Notes: generated by a model from the sequence alone, not told the origin. A DNA stretch of 64,000 nucleotides from Minisyncoccota bacterium (GCA_022842945.1 JALHOO010000001.1:157830-221829); one strand, 5' to 3'. Counted from the first letter of the stretch, positions 47,844 to 57,534 are shown. A program made the numbers and translations.

Positions 47844-48173
47844 ATGGAACTCGCAGTAATCAAGACCGGAGGCAAGCAGTATGTTGTCTCCCCAGGCGCT
47901 CTCGTAACTATCGAGAAGCTTGGCCGTGGATCAGCAACAGAGGTGCTCAAGAAGGGTGATACCGTCACCTTTGATGAGGTCCTCATGACCGACAACGGCA
48001 CCCTCGCACTCGGCGCACCATTCCTCGCAGGAAAGACCGTTACTGGTACCGTGTACTCGGTAGGACGCGCTAAGAAGGTGGATGTGGTTAAGTACAAGGC
48101 GAAGAGTAACTACTTCAAGCGCCGCGGACACCGCCAGCCGGAAATCAAGGTTAAGATCGACGCAATCGTCTAG
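47844..48173 (+). CDS. rplU: 50S ribosomal protein L21
   Basis: MELAVIKTGGKQYVVSPGA conserved start. Confidence 0.9.
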   Translation: MELAVIKTGGKQYVVSPGALVTIEKLGRGSATEVLKKGDTVTFDEVLMTDNGTLALGAPFLAGKTVTGTVYSVGRAKKVDVVKYKAKSNYFKRRGHRQPEIKVKIDAIV

Positions 48174-48177
48174 CACA

Positions 48178-48208
48178 GACCGCCCCAAAGGGCGGTTCTT
48201 GCGTTATA
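48178..48208. terminator. Terminator after rplU
   Basis: gaccgccc-caaa-gggcggtt followed by cttgcgtt. Confidence 0.6.
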
Positions 48209-48256
48209 GACCGTACATCGTATGGTCTATAGAGACGTCTGCAACAGGAGACATAC

Positions 48257-48535
48257 ATGATAGTTCTTTTAGTTCGTGTCTGCCCTGATCGGCAGACGCA
48301 GGTAACACTTACGCCCGCTATCCAGCGCGTCATGAAAACTGACAAGCCTTTGCCCAAAGACGGCGGGAAGTTCTTCTTCCCGGCCCTTGGCAAGGATCTT
48401 CCGGTGTTCAACCGTCCTCGCGCACCGAAAGGGAGCACTCCTGAAATCTGGTGTACGGCAAGCCCAGACGACATCGTTCGCCTGCGAGGCTTCGAGTCTG
48501 AATGGACCCCGATGTCTTGCCTTGCGTGCGGGTGA
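48257..48535 (+). CDS. Hypothetical protein
   Basis: 92 aa, with an AGGAGA Shine-Dalgarno 6 nt upstream of the ATG. Confidence 0.5.
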   Translation: MIVLLVRVCPDRQTQVTLTPAIQRVMKTDKPLPKDGGKFFFPALGKDLPVFNRPRAPKGSTPEIWCTASPDDIVRLRGFESEWTPMSCLACG

Positions 48536-48536
48536 T

Positions 48537-48601
48537 ATGAGCCTCGAAACTGATGTTTCGAGGCTCATGAAGTTTGCACAAGTTAAAGTTGGTGGTATAA
48601 T
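48537..48601 (+). promoter_or_regulatory. Perfect 14-bp inverted repeat abutting a consensus-like promoter
   Basis: atgagcctcgaaac-tgat-gtttcgaggctcat at 48537-48568. Then TTGCAC at 48574-48579, a 16-bp spacer, TATAAT at 48596-48601, a GGGGAAG Shine-Dalgarno, and the ATG at 48633. Confidence 0.55.
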
Positions 48602-48632
48602 ACTCGCTGAATTGTTCCAAAGGGGAAGAAGA

Positions 48633-48890
48633 ATGCAAAAAAGAATCATTGCCGTGTCCGGCGATACCTTCCCTGGCTGTTTGCCGAGGGTTTCGAGACC
48701 GCTTCGCGATCATGAGACGTTCCCAGGCGAGAGCGAGAACTTCTACGTCGAGGAGCTTCAAGAAGGTTTCTACATCATGGACGTAACGGCCGATGCGGCA
48801 GTCTTCTATGTGTTGAAGGCAGTTGCCGAGCGGTTGCGCGACACGTACAACTGGAGCGAGGAATCGCTGCCTGTGAATCGGGTTGCGTAG
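48633..48890 (+). CDS. Hypothetical small protein
   Basis: 85 aa, downstream of the promoter and Shine-Dalgarno above. The longer ORF from 48387 is unlikely. Confidence 0.5.
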   Translation: MQKRIIAVSGDTFPGCLPRVSRPLRDHETFPGESENFYVEELQEGFYIMDVTADAAVFYVLKAVAERLRDTYNWSEESLPVNRVA

Positions 48891-48934
48891 CGAAAGAGGG
48901 TCCGCGAACAGAACGTTCGGCGGGCCTTTTCTCT

Positions 48935-49540
48935 TTAGGTCTCCTTTCTGTTCTGGAGTGCCGCAGACAAGGTCGCTGAGTCCGCATACTCAAGCTCAGA
49001 CCCTGTTGCAAGGCCGCGCCCAAGCTCTGAGATGAGGATAGAGCCACGCAGCGGCCCCAGTACCTCTCGTACACGGTCTGCAGTGTGTTCGCCTTCAGAG
49101 GTTGCGGAGAGGGCAAGCACAATTTCAGAGAGTCCTGTGCGTGAGCGCTCCTCAACCACTCGTACCAAATCTCGTTCTCGAATGGCACCTTTGCCTGAAA
49201 GGGTTAGAACGCCACCCAGCACAAAGTATCGCCCACGATACGTACCCGCTCGTTCAACCGCTACCAAGTCCTGGTCCTTCTCTACAACCATGAGCATGGT
49301 GTCGTTGCGGTTGTTGTCGGTGCAGTAGTTGCAGAGGGTGTCTGTGCTAACGGGAGCAAAGCGCATGCACATGCGACACTGGTGTACGTCATTAGAAAGG
49401 TTCGCTATAAGGTCAGCAAGACGGTTGCGGTCTCCTTGAGGCACTGAGAGGAGATGGTATACAAACCGCTTTGCCTGCCGCGGTCCTATGCCCGGGAAGC
49501 GGTTGAATGCTGAGGACAACTCTTCAATGCGGTCACGCAT
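48935..49540 (-). CDS. recR: Recombination protein RecR
   Basis: HhH N-terminus, C4 zinc finger CRMCMRFAPVSTDTLCNYC, and a Toprim domain. Confidence 0.85.
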   Translation of the reverse strand: MRDRIEELSSAFNRFPGIGPRQAKRFVYHLLSVPQGDRNRLADLIANLSNDVHQCRMCMRFAPVSTDTLCNYCTDNNRNDTMLMVVEKDQDLVAVERAGTYRGRYFVLGGVLTLSGKGAIRERDLVRVVEERSRTGLSEIVLALSATSEGEHTADRVREVLGPLRGSILISELGRGLATGSELEYADSATLSAALQNRKET

Positions 49541-49542
49541 AC

Positions 49543-50907
49543 CTAAAACTCGTCAGCAAACTCTCCGTACCCGGTCTTATCCATCGGCATGAAGCTCGTG
49601 CGCTTCTCGTCGAAGTACAGCTCAACCTTGCCGGTTGGTCCGTTACGATGCTTCTCAACGAGGATCTGGGCAATGTTTGGTCTGTCGCTCTCCTTGTTTA
49701 TCTTGTCCTCGCGATGGATGAACATAACCACGTCAGCGTCCTGCTCAATGGATCCAGAGTCGCGAAGGTCCGAAAGGCGAGGTGTGCCTCCACGCTGCTC
49801 AACGGCACGAGAGAGCTGGGAGAGGGCAATAACCGGTACCTCAATCTCGCGAGCAAGCTGCTTCAACGAGCGAGAGATTTCCGTAACCTGCTGCACCATG
49901 GAGTCTGAGGCCTTGGTGTTGGTTGGTGCCATGAGCTGGAGGTAGTCCACGATAATAAGTCCAATACCACGTTCGCGCTTGAGGCGTCTCGCAACCGCAC
50001 GCATGGAGAGAATGTTCTGTGCGGGCTTGTCGTCGATGTAGATAGGGGCCTTTGAAAGACTCTCAAGCGCGTCACGAATCTTCCCAAAATCCTCCTCGGT
50101 ACTAATAGCACCCGTGCGCATCTTCCACGAGTTAACAAAGGACTCCGCTGACAACATACGGTCTACGAGCTGCTCGGAGCTCATTTCAAGAGAGAAGATA
50201 CCTACGGGCACGTCTCCACGTACTGCAGCGTTACGTGCGATATCAAGCGCCAAGGAGGTCTTTCCCATGGACGGACGGGCGGCGAGGATGATGAGGTCAG
50301 ACTTGTGGAGGCCTGAGAGAAGATTGTCGAGGTCGGGGAAGCCGGTTGAGACGCCGCGAATGGCTCCCTTGTTCTTCGAGAGTTGCTCGATACGGTCCCA
50401 TGCATCATCCATCTTGTCTTTGATGGCAACGAACTTATGAACGGCGCTTGAGTTTCCGATAGCGTAGATAGACTTCTCTGCGGTATCAAGTGCAACGGCG
50501 GTGTCCACGTTCTCGTCATACGCGGACTCGGTTATCTCACTCGCGCAGTCTATAAGGGAACGCATGATGTGCTTGCGGACCACGAGTTCCGCGTAGTGAT
50601 TAAAGTTTCCAGGAGTAGGGGAGGAGCCGGCAAGTTCCGCAAGGTAGGCACGTCCGCCAGCCCGCTCAAGAAGTCCCTTTGCATTCAACCGCTCTCCAAG
50701 AGAAAGCATGTCGATAGGTTCGCCGCGCTCAACAAGCTCACGCATGCAGTCAAAGATATGGCGATGCTTGTCTGCGTAGAACGACTCTGGACGGATAAGG
50801 TCCGAAACGTCGTGAATGGCGTCAGGCTTCAAAAGAAGTGAGCCGAGGAGTGCGCGCTCTGAGTCGAGGCTCTGGGGCGGAATGCGGTGGGGAGTGTCGG
50901 TTGCCAT
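49543..50907 (-). CDS. dnaB: Replicative DNA helicase DnaB
   Basis: Walker A GARPSMGKTSLALDIA and the RecA-like H1-H4 motifs; 454 aa with no intein. Confidence 0.9.
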   Translation of the reverse strand: MATDTPHRIPPQSLDSERALLGSLLLKPDAIHDVSDLIRPESFYADKHRHIFDCMRELVERGEPIDMLSLGERLNAKGLLERAGGRAYLAELAGSSPTPGNFNHYAELVVRKHIMRSLIDCASEITESAYDENVDTAVALDTAEKSIYAIGNSSAVHKFVAIKDKMDDAWDRIEQLSKNKGAIRGVSTGFPDLDNLLSGLHKSDLIILAARPSMGKTSLALDIARNAAVRGDVPVGIFSLEMSSEQLVDRMLSAESFVNSWKMRTGAISTEEDFGKIRDALESLSKAPIYIDDKPAQNILSMRAVARRLKRERGIGLIIVDYLQLMAPTNTKASDSMVQQVTEISRSLKQLAREIEVPVIALSQLSRAVEQRGGTPRLSDLRDSGSIEQDADVVMFIHREDKINKESDRPNIAQILVEKHRNGPTGKVELYFDEKRTSFMPMDKTGYGEFADEF

Positions 50908-50920
50908 TCCCTCTATTCTA

Positions 50921-52381
50921 TCAACCAGGGCGTCGAGTGACTATGGTGCCAGAAGGGCCGTCCTCCACATGATATCCACTGCTCTCAATGTGGATACGGA
51001 GCGCATCAGACTTCGAGAAATCCTTAGATACCCTTGCTATATCACGCTCCCTCACGAGTGCCTGGATGTGCTCAGGTACTTCAGCTTCTTCCGCAAGGAG
51101 CGAAAGCCCGAACACCGCATCTGCCGCATCAATAACCGCAAGTTGTTCTTCGCGCTCCATGTCCTCGTCTTTAACGGTCTCCCAGAGGAGTGCGAGCGCG
51201 CTTGGTGTTGCGAGATCGTCTCGAAGGAGCGCAATCATGCGGCGACTCGCATCAGATTGCTGAAGACGTCCTTTCGCTTCGTGCTTTATGGTGCGCGCAA
51301 GACGGGTAAGGCGTGATAGTGCTTCGTTGCTCGCCTCAAGAGACTCCCAGCTGAAGGAGAGGGGAGAACGGTAGTGCGCCTGGAGGAAGAGGTAGCGCAA
51401 GGAAAGAGGGCTCAGTCTTCTGGCGGTTATATCTGAGAGATAGATATCGTCGCCTGCAGACTTCGATACCTTGCGGTTGTCGATGGTTAGGAAGGCACCG
51501 TGCATCCAAAACCTCGCAAGTGGTTTCTCGAACGCTGCCTCAGACTGCGCTATTTCGTTCGTGTGGTGTACGGGGATGTGATCCATGCCGCCGGTATGGA
51601 TATCAAATGGCTGGCCGAGTAATGCGCGCGCCATAGCCGAGCACTCAATGTGCCACCCTGGGAACCCTACGCCCCAAGGAGAAGACCACTCCTGTTGGCG
51701 ACGACTTCCTCTCGGAGAGAACTTCCACAGTGCAAAGTCTGCTGGATGCTTCTTCTCTGCATTGTCCGCTATGCGTCTGCCAATCTCTGCGAATGCTTCT
51801 TCCTTTTGCTTCGCACCCGAATGATCAAGCGCGCCGTAGTTGGCGTACTTTGCTGTATCGAAATAGATACCGTCGTTCGTTTTGTACGTATACCCCTTCT
51901 CCTCAAGCTTCTTCACGATATCTATCTGCTCATCTATATAGTCTGTTGCGCGTGGGAAGCTGATGTCGTCAGTGTCTACACCAAGAAGTCGTATGTCCTC
52001 GAGGAAGAGCTTTGTATAGCGTGCGGCAATGTCCTGGGCGGTTTGTCCTTCCTGTTTTGCACCTGCCTCCATCTTGTCCTCGCCATGGTCTCCGTCTCCC
52101 TGGAGATGTCCTACGTCCGTTATGTTGATGACGCGACGTACGTGGTACCCGGCGAAGGAGAGGGTGCGTGCGAGAACGTCTGCGAACACGTACGCACGCA
52201 GATTCCCGATGTGTGCACGACTGTATACGGTTGGTCCGCAGGAGTAGAGGGTTGCAGAGCCGGCCTTGAGAGGAGTGAAGAGATCACGCTTGCCTGAAAG
52301 CGTGTTCGTAAGGAAGAGGGGTGCGTCGCTTCTCGCGGGTTCGCTTGCGCGCGCGGAGAACAGATTCTGTATCCATTGCAT
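50921..52381 (-). CDS. cysS: Cysteine--tRNA ligase
   Basis: HIGN (RAHIGNLR) and KMSKS-like (KVSKSAGD) class I motifs. Confidence 0.85.
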   Translation of the reverse strand: MQWIQNLFSARASEPARSDAPLFLTNTLSGKRDLFTPLKAGSATLYSCGPTVYSRAHIGNLRAYVFADVLARTLSFAGYHVRRVINITDVGHLQGDGDHGEDKMEAGAKQEGQTAQDIAARYTKLFLEDIRLLGVDTDDISFPRATDYIDEQIDIVKKLEEKGYTYKTNDGIYFDTAKYANYGALDHSGAKQKEEAFAEIGRRIADNAEKKHPADFALWKFSPRGSRRQQEWSSPWGVGFPGWHIECSAMARALLGQPFDIHTGGMDHIPVHHTNEIAQSEAAFEKPLARFWMHGAFLTIDNRKVSKSAGDDIYLSDITARRLSPLSLRYLFLQAHYRSPLSFSWESLEASNEALSRLTRLARTIKHEAKGRLQQSDASRRMIALLRDDLATPSALALLWETVKDEDMEREEQLAVIDAADAVFGLSLLAEEAEVPEHIQALVRERDIARVSKDFSKSDALRIHIESSGYHVEDGPSGTIVTRRPG

Positions 52382-52414
52382 ACGTCTATTCTATCGCACC
52401 AACCCTAAATGGCC

Positions 52415-53332
52415 TTATAGCCACTTGCGTACGCGGAAGTACACCACAAGCGCCAAGGAGACACCAACCATGAGTCCAAGGATAATCCAGAAGCCGTGTT
52501 CTGAATCAACAAACGGCATAACCTCGGTGTTCATGCCGAAGACGCTCGCGATAAGCGTAAGGGGAAGGGCGGTGAAGGCCATAACCGTTAAGGTCTTTGT
52601 AACCTGGTTCTGGGAAGCGCTTAGAAGTGAATCGTTCGTTACGCGGAGCTCTCCAGCAACGGCCCTATATGAAGAGACGAGGGACGCAGCATGAATGCGT
52701 CTTGCTTCGATGCGTGCAGCGTACTCTTCAAAAGCAGAACCAAAGAAGACAGGCGTTGAAAGTGCTGCGAGGAAGTCTGCGAGCGGCTCTTCATGTCGTG
52801 CAAGCGACGTTTCAAAGCGCAGAAGAATGCGGCCAGAGTCAGATATGGTGCGCACGGTCTGCTGCTCCTTGCCGCTGAATATGTCGCGCTCGATACGCTC
52901 CAGTCGCTTGCCCGCCTGCTCAATGTCGCCGCTAATAGATGCATATAGTCTTCCGAGTACACGCTCAACCATACCCGCGGTCTTAAGACTCTTCTCTGGA
53001 AGGCCAAGCAACTCCTCGGCCTCAAGGATCTTGTGTAGGTTGTGCAGAGATTCGACACTCTCATACCGCGTGGTTATGAGGAACTGCTTGCCTACGATGA
53101 AATCTATCTCCTGTGAGTGCGTGCCATCTTCAGAGCCCATAACGGGAAAATGGAGGATAAGGTACGAGTATCCAGGGAAGGCAATAGAGAGCGGATAGGG
53201 GGTGGGGGTAGAAATCTCCTCATGCACCCGCTCATCTATATCGAACTCCTGCATCACGCTCGTGATCTCGTCCTCGGTAGGGCACTCGAGATCTACCCAT
53301 ACTGTTTTGCCACGTACATGCCTCATTATCAT
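52415..53332 (-). CDS. corA: Magnesium/cobalt transporter CorA
   Basis: GMN motif (VFGMNTEVMPF) before the last TM helix. Confidence 0.85.
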   Translation of the reverse strand: MIMRHVRGKTVWVDLECPTEDEITSVMQEFDIDERVHEEISTPTPYPLSIAFPGYSYLILHFPVMGSEDGTHSQEIDFIVGKQFLITTRYESVESLHNLHKILEAEELLGLPEKSLKTAGMVERVLGRLYASISGDIEQAGKRLERIERDIFSGKEQQTVRTISDSGRILLRFETSLARHEEPLADFLAALSTPVFFGSAFEEYAARIEARRIHAASLVSSYRAVAGELRVTNDSLLSASQNQVTKTLTVMAFTALPLTLIASVFGMNTEVMPFVDSEHGFWIILGLMVGVSLALVVYFRVRKWL

Positions 53333-53419
53333 TACTCGTAAGTATACGCGCTGTAGAGCGTCTAAAGTCGCAGCGTATCCCCGTATCCGTGGATACAGAC
53401 CTCATGATAGAATTTCCTT

Positions 53420-54691
53420 ATGAACCCTTCTGACGAACACCTGGAGCCTGAAGTCACACGTGCGACACCGTTCGCAAAGATAGCAAAGCTTGGAGTTGCG
53501 CTTGCGCTCATGCTTGCTATTGGGTTTGCCGGCGGCATGGGTGTGGGTGCAGCAGGCGGCAGTCGCGTGCTTTCAAACCTTCCGCTTCTCGGAGACGGAC
53601 TAGACGCAACACCCGACACCTCAGCAGACCTCTCAGACTTCTGGAAGGCATGGAATGCACTTAATGAGCGTTTCGTAGAGACACATGGCACTTCGACAGC
53701 GCCCTCAGCCGAGGACAAGATCTGGGGCGCTATTCAGGGACTTGCCGCCTCGTACGGCGACCCGTACACCGTATTCATGCCGCCAACTGAAGCCAAGCAG
53801 TTCCAGGATGATATTCGTGGCGACTTCCAGGGTGTGGGTATGGAGATAGGTGTTAAGGACGGGGTACTTACCGTTATAGCGCCTCTCAAGGGAACCCCTG
53901 CAGAGCGCGCGGGACTCCACTCAGGAGACATGATTATTGCGATCGATAAGACATCAACCGACGGTATGTCTACAGATGCAGCCGTTAAGCTCATCCGTGG
54001 CGAGAAGGGAACCACCGTTACCTTCACCATCCTTCGCGACGGAGCGCCGCTTGAAATCCCGGTTGTGCGCGACACCATAACCGTGCCTACGATTGAGACC
54101 ACGGTTGATGAGAGTGGGGTGTTCGTTATCTCCTTCTACAGCTTTACGGCGAACTCAAGCCAGCTCTTCTCAAAGGCCATTACCGAGTTCCGCAAGTCGG
54201 GTTCAACCAAGCTCCTTATTGATCTGCGCAACAACCCAGGAGGATACTTAGAGTCTGCTGTTGCGATATCTGGACACTTCCTCCCAAACAGTGCAGTTGT
54301 GGTAACAGAAGACTATAAGGGTAAGCAGGAGAATGTCGTACACCGAAGCAAGGGCGTCAACGGTCTTCCTGCGAACACTGAGGTAGCTATCCTTATAGAT
54401 CAGGGATCAGCATCAGCCTCTGAGATTCTCGCAGGCGCACTTCAGGACGCAGGTGTCGCAACTCTTGTCGGCGCACGCTCCTTCGGAAAGGGCTCGGTGC
54501 AGGAACTTGTAACCATTAATGGAGGTGCCCTCAAGGTTACGATTGCTCGCTGGCTCACTCCGGGAGGACGCTCCATCTCAGACGGTGGCCTTACGCCAGA
54601 CATCGAGGTTGCGTACACTAAAGAAGATAGGGAAGCGAAGGCGGATCCTCAGAAAGCGAGAGCGATTCAGTTCCTGACAACGGGACGATAG
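53420..54691 (+). CDS. ctp: Carboxyl-terminal processing protease (S41) with PDZ
   Basis: PDZ (GDMIIAIDK), S41 catalytic region (GARSFGKGSVQ), and an N-terminal TM. Confidence 0.8.
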   Translation: MNPSDEHLEPEVTRATPFAKIAKLGVALALMLAIGFAGGMGVGAAGGSRVLSNLPLLGDGLDATPDTSADLSDFWKAWNALNERFVETHGTSTAPSAEDKIWGAIQGLAASYGDPYTVFMPPTEAKQFQDDIRGDFQGVGMEIGVKDGVLTVIAPLKGTPAERAGLHSGDMIIAIDKTSTDGMSTDAAVKLIRGEKGTTVTFTILRDGAPLEIPVVRDTITVPTIETTVDESGVFVISFYSFTANSSQLFSKAITEFRKSGSTKLLIDLRNNPGGYLESAVAISGHFLPNSAVVVTEDYKGKQENVVHRSKGVNGLPANTEVAILIDQGSASASEILAGALQDAGVATLVGARSFGKGSVQELVTINGGALKVTIARWLTPGGRSISDGGLTPDIEVAYTKEDREAKADPQKARAIQFLTTGR

Positions 54692-54701
54692 GTAAAAGAG
54701 G

Positions 54702-54732
54702 AAGCCGCCCGGTGTATGCCGGGCGGCTTTTC
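54702..54732. terminator. Bidirectional terminator
   Basis: gaagccgcccgg-tgtatg-ccgggcggctttt. Confidence 0.65.
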
Positions 54733-54733
54733 G

Positions 54734-55360
54734 CTAGATAACGTTTCGGATGTAACGCTCGAGCTTTTTCGGGTTGGCGCATTCTGCGACGACTTGCCAA
54801 AGCATGTCGCGTGAATCGTGCGCATCCTTCATATTCATCAGTTCATGATCATTGAAGTCAATTGCGGGACTCTGAACTATCAAGTTCCGTAACCAGAGGG
54901 ACGTGGAATACTCGCTCCACGACCCATACTGAATACAGATATCCATAGATTCCTCAATGTCCGCTGCTTGCGATTCGCCGAGGTAGGAGAGATCAGAGAT
55001 GCGCACATACTCCGGGTAGAGAGCGAGTGCAACAACCCTTTCGTATCTGTCCATGTCTCTTGAGGAGGGGAGTATGATGTCATCTCCCCAAATCGTAAGG
55101 TGACCTCCAGAGAGGGGCATGAGGGCTTGGAACTCGGGTGTCTGTCCGAGCTCAGAGACCGCTTTGATACCGGTGAGAATCAGACCGGCACGACGACGAT
55201 CGCGACGAGCTCTCCGCCACGCGAGGTATCGTTCATGCTGAAAGCGTTGTTGCCTAACTTCCTGGAGGTAGACAACGCGTCGCTCAGCCGAGACTTTTAT
55301 TGACGTGAGTCGATGTTCTACCTTCTCGGCGACTTCTTGGCGCAGTGCATTGGTCGTCAT
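54734..55360 (-). CDS. Hypothetical protein, Arg-rich N-terminus plus acidic C-terminal domain
   Basis: 208-aa ORF between ctp and rplI, sharing terminators on both sides. No motif recognised. Confidence 0.45.
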   Translation of the reverse strand: MTTNALRQEVAEKVEHRLTSIKVSAERRVVYLQEVRQQRFQHERYLAWRRARRDRRRAGLILTGIKAVSELGQTPEFQALMPLSGGHLTIWGDDIILPSSRDMDRYERVVALALYPEYVRISDLSYLGESQAADIEESMDICIQYGSWSEYSTSLWLRNLIVQSPAIDFNDHELMNMKDAHDSRDMLWQVVAECANPKKLERYIRNVI

Positions 55361-55480
55361 GGTCGTCTCCGATCCACTGTTGATGTTTGGTACGTCTAGA
55401 ATGATATAGCCACATTCTGCTCATTAAATCAAACGTGTCTTGGTTGCATCAGAGAGCCCGGCCCGGTAGGATGAAGCTAT

Positions 55481-55906
55481 ATGAAAGTAGTACTACTCAA
55501 AGACGTTAAGAACACGGGCCGTGCAGGAGCAGTCGTTGACTGTTCTGACGGGCACGCGCAGAATTTCCTTATTCCTCGTGGTATGGCGGCACTTGCTACC
55601 CCTACGAACCTAAAGCAGGCGGAGCTTCGTCTAAAGCAGGATAGCGACCGCAAGGAGCTTGATGTAAAGCTTATCCAGGATCGTCTCTCAGCGCTCGCTG
55701 AGGACCGCATCGTTATCAAGAAGAAGGTGAATGAGAAGGGACACCTGTATGACGCGGTTGATTCCGCAGATATTGCAAAGGCAACAGACCTTCCGGAGTC
55801 CGCTATTAAGATCGAGAAGCCATTCAAGGAGGTAGGTACGTTCGACGTCCCTGTGTCTCTCGGAGAGAGCTTCGGAAAGATTTCCATTACGATTGAGGCT
55901 GAGTAG
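55481..55906 (+). CDS. rplI: 50S ribosomal protein L9
   Basis: MKVVLLKDVKNTGRAGAVVDCSDGHAQNFLIPRG conserved N-domain. Confidence 0.9.
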   Translation: MKVVLLKDVKNTGRAGAVVDCSDGHAQNFLIPRGMAALATPTNLKQAELRLKQDSDRKELDVKLIQDRLSALAEDRIVIKKKVNEKGHLYDAVDSADIAKATDLPESAIKIEKPFKEVGTFDVPVSLGESFGKISITIEAE

Positions 55907-55921
55907 GGGAGGGGTATAGAG

Positions 55922-55953
55922 AAACGGCGCGTCCTGAAGGGCGCGCCGTTTTC
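55922..55953. terminator. Bidirectional terminator
   Basis: aacggcgcg-tcctgaag-ggcgcgccgtttt. Confidence 0.65.
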
Positions 55954-55973
55954 GATTCAACAGTATCGAATGA

Positions 55974-56591
55974 TCAGTGGAAGCCGGCAAACCTATCGGA
56001 GGAGTATTTCCGACGTCTGGAAAAACGCCTCGCGACCATTTTCCAGATACTCTTGAGGAACCAGAACAGAAGATACGTAGCGAACGGCGAGACGAGTGCT
56101 GTGATGGCAATCATCTCGTACGGATACATCCGAACGGTATCTGATTGATACAGTTTAACCAAGCCTGCATTCTTACGACCCTCTTCTCGAACGCGCACTA
56201 CCTGAGCGGTAGCGGTGTCGGCTTCTGCCTGTTTGAGTGCGAGACGCTCCATCCACGGAACATGCGTCTCGCACATACTCTCGACAGTCATGCCCTGGTA
56301 GACGCGGTACGCGATACCGTTCAAGAGTATTTCGGACCCAATCTGAAGATTCGTCGGGATAACCTCTCGGCCGTCCCCATACACCGCGCTCGTCATGCAA
56401 CGGGCAAGCGTAGATGGTGTCTGGGTATGTACTTCTCCGGCAATAGTCATCGAAACCAGAACCGAAGCGATTCCGATGCTTGTGCTCCTATACATAGCAT
56501 TTCCCCCTATAAAGACCTGTGGGATGAGTCCCGTTTGATGCTGAGGAGCAGTATGCACGAGAGAGGGTGGTATTGAAAGGGGCTTCTTCAT
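55974..56591 (-). CDS. Hypothetical membrane protein (C-terminal TM and basic tail)
   Basis: The ORF runs to 56714, and the start is uncertain (an internal Met at 56591 was chosen). A C-terminal hydrophobic helix is followed by an RRFSRRRKY tail. Confidence 0.4.
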   Translation of the reverse strand: MKKPLSIPPSLVHTAPQHQTGLIPQVFIGGNAMYRSTSIGIASVLVSMTIAGEVHTQTPSTLARCMTSAVYGDGREVIPTNLQIGSEILLNGIAYRVYQGMTVESMCETHVPWMERLALKQAEADTATAQVVRVREEGRKNAGLVKLYQSDTVRMYPYEMIAITALVSPFATYLLFWFLKSIWKMVARRFSRRRKYSSDRFAGFH

Positions 56592-56796
56592 AATGAGAAA
56601 AGGCCGCTTGGGGAGCGACCTTGTTCGAGTGTGCGATATGCAACCTGCCCACGGCAGGATCTCTGCGACGGACCTTCCAAGGGGTTTGTTCCCTTGTGAA
56701 GCGGCGATTTGCATAAAGCTCTTTATGGGTAGGCACGAAGGTACTCTGTACAGTGAGGATAATCCTCAGGATAGGGTTGATGAAGCGGTGCCGGGG

Positions 56797-57387
56797 TCAG
56801 TTCCGCTTGGTCTGCGGCTGGCCCGTTGCCGGGGGAGCCGCGGCGGCTGCAGCTGCGGCCGGGGCGGCGGCGGGGCGGGCATCGATGCGCGCCTGGAGGC
56901 CTTCAACGAGGGTGTTGGACGTCTCCCAGCGTGCGTAGGACTGGGTCCATTTCCTCTGGAGTGCGACCTTCTCGTCGGAAAGTCTGTCGACTTCGCGTGC
57001 GAGTTCTGAACGCGTGACCTCCGCGGCCGCGAGCTCGGTTGCGACGGGATCCCTGAGGGCCGCCTTGCAGATGCTCCAGTAGGTGTCGCCCTTCTGGAAG
57101 GTGACGGTCGGAAGACCGCACACGTCCTTCCGGGTCTCGCCGACCTGGATGGCGCGGGCTTCCCGTTCCGTGTCGCCGTTGGCGATGCGGGCCTTGCGGG
57201 CAGCGTCGGCGATCATGGGGTCGGTGACGGCCACGATCGGGGCAGGCACGACAGGCGCAGGACGAGCAGCCGGGGCTGCAGTTTCCTGCACCGGGGCAGT
57301 CTGTTCGGCGATCGCTTGATCCTGGCCTTTGCAGGCGGGAACCAAAAGAGCGAGGCACAAGCCTGCCAACACGATAATCTTTTTCAT
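56797..57387 (-). CDS. LysM-domain lipoprotein with Ala/Pro-rich linkers
   Basis: Signal peptide ending LVPAC (lipobox-like), a LysM core VTFQKGDTYWSICKAAL, and a C-terminal AAAPAAAAAAAAPPATG tract encoded by a GC-rich GCN run. Confidence 0.6.
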   Translation of the reverse strand: MKKIIVLAGLCLALLVPACKGQDQAIAEQTAPVQETAAPAARPAPVVPAPIVAVTDPMIADAARKARIANGDTEREARAIQVGETRKDVCGLPTVTFQKGDTYWSICKAALRDPVATELAAAEVTRSELAREVDRLSDEKVALQRKWTQSYARWETSNTLVEGLQARIDARPAAAPAAAAAAAAPPATGQPQTKRN

Positions 57388-57534
57388 CTTCGTATCCTTC
57401 TTTCAATACTTGTTGCTGTTCAGGCAGAGACCGGGGCGCGAAGCCAAACGGTCTGTATCTACCTGGGAAACTCCATTTACAACATTAGCACAAAGTACTC
57501 TAATGTCAAGGAAGGTGTACTGCTACCCATACAG

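Noticed and set aside
56145-56576. 143-aa plus-strand ORF.
   Set aside because: Overlaps the minus-strand membrane protein gene 55974-56591/56714, which has a TM helix and basic tail. The plus frame has no features. The minus frame is still uncertain.
56820-56890. GC-rich Ala-codon tract as a true simple-sequence contingency locus.
   Set aside because: The repeat units are imperfect (mixed gcg/gcc/gca/ccg), so slipped-strand mispairing is unlikely. It is kept as a low-interest note only.
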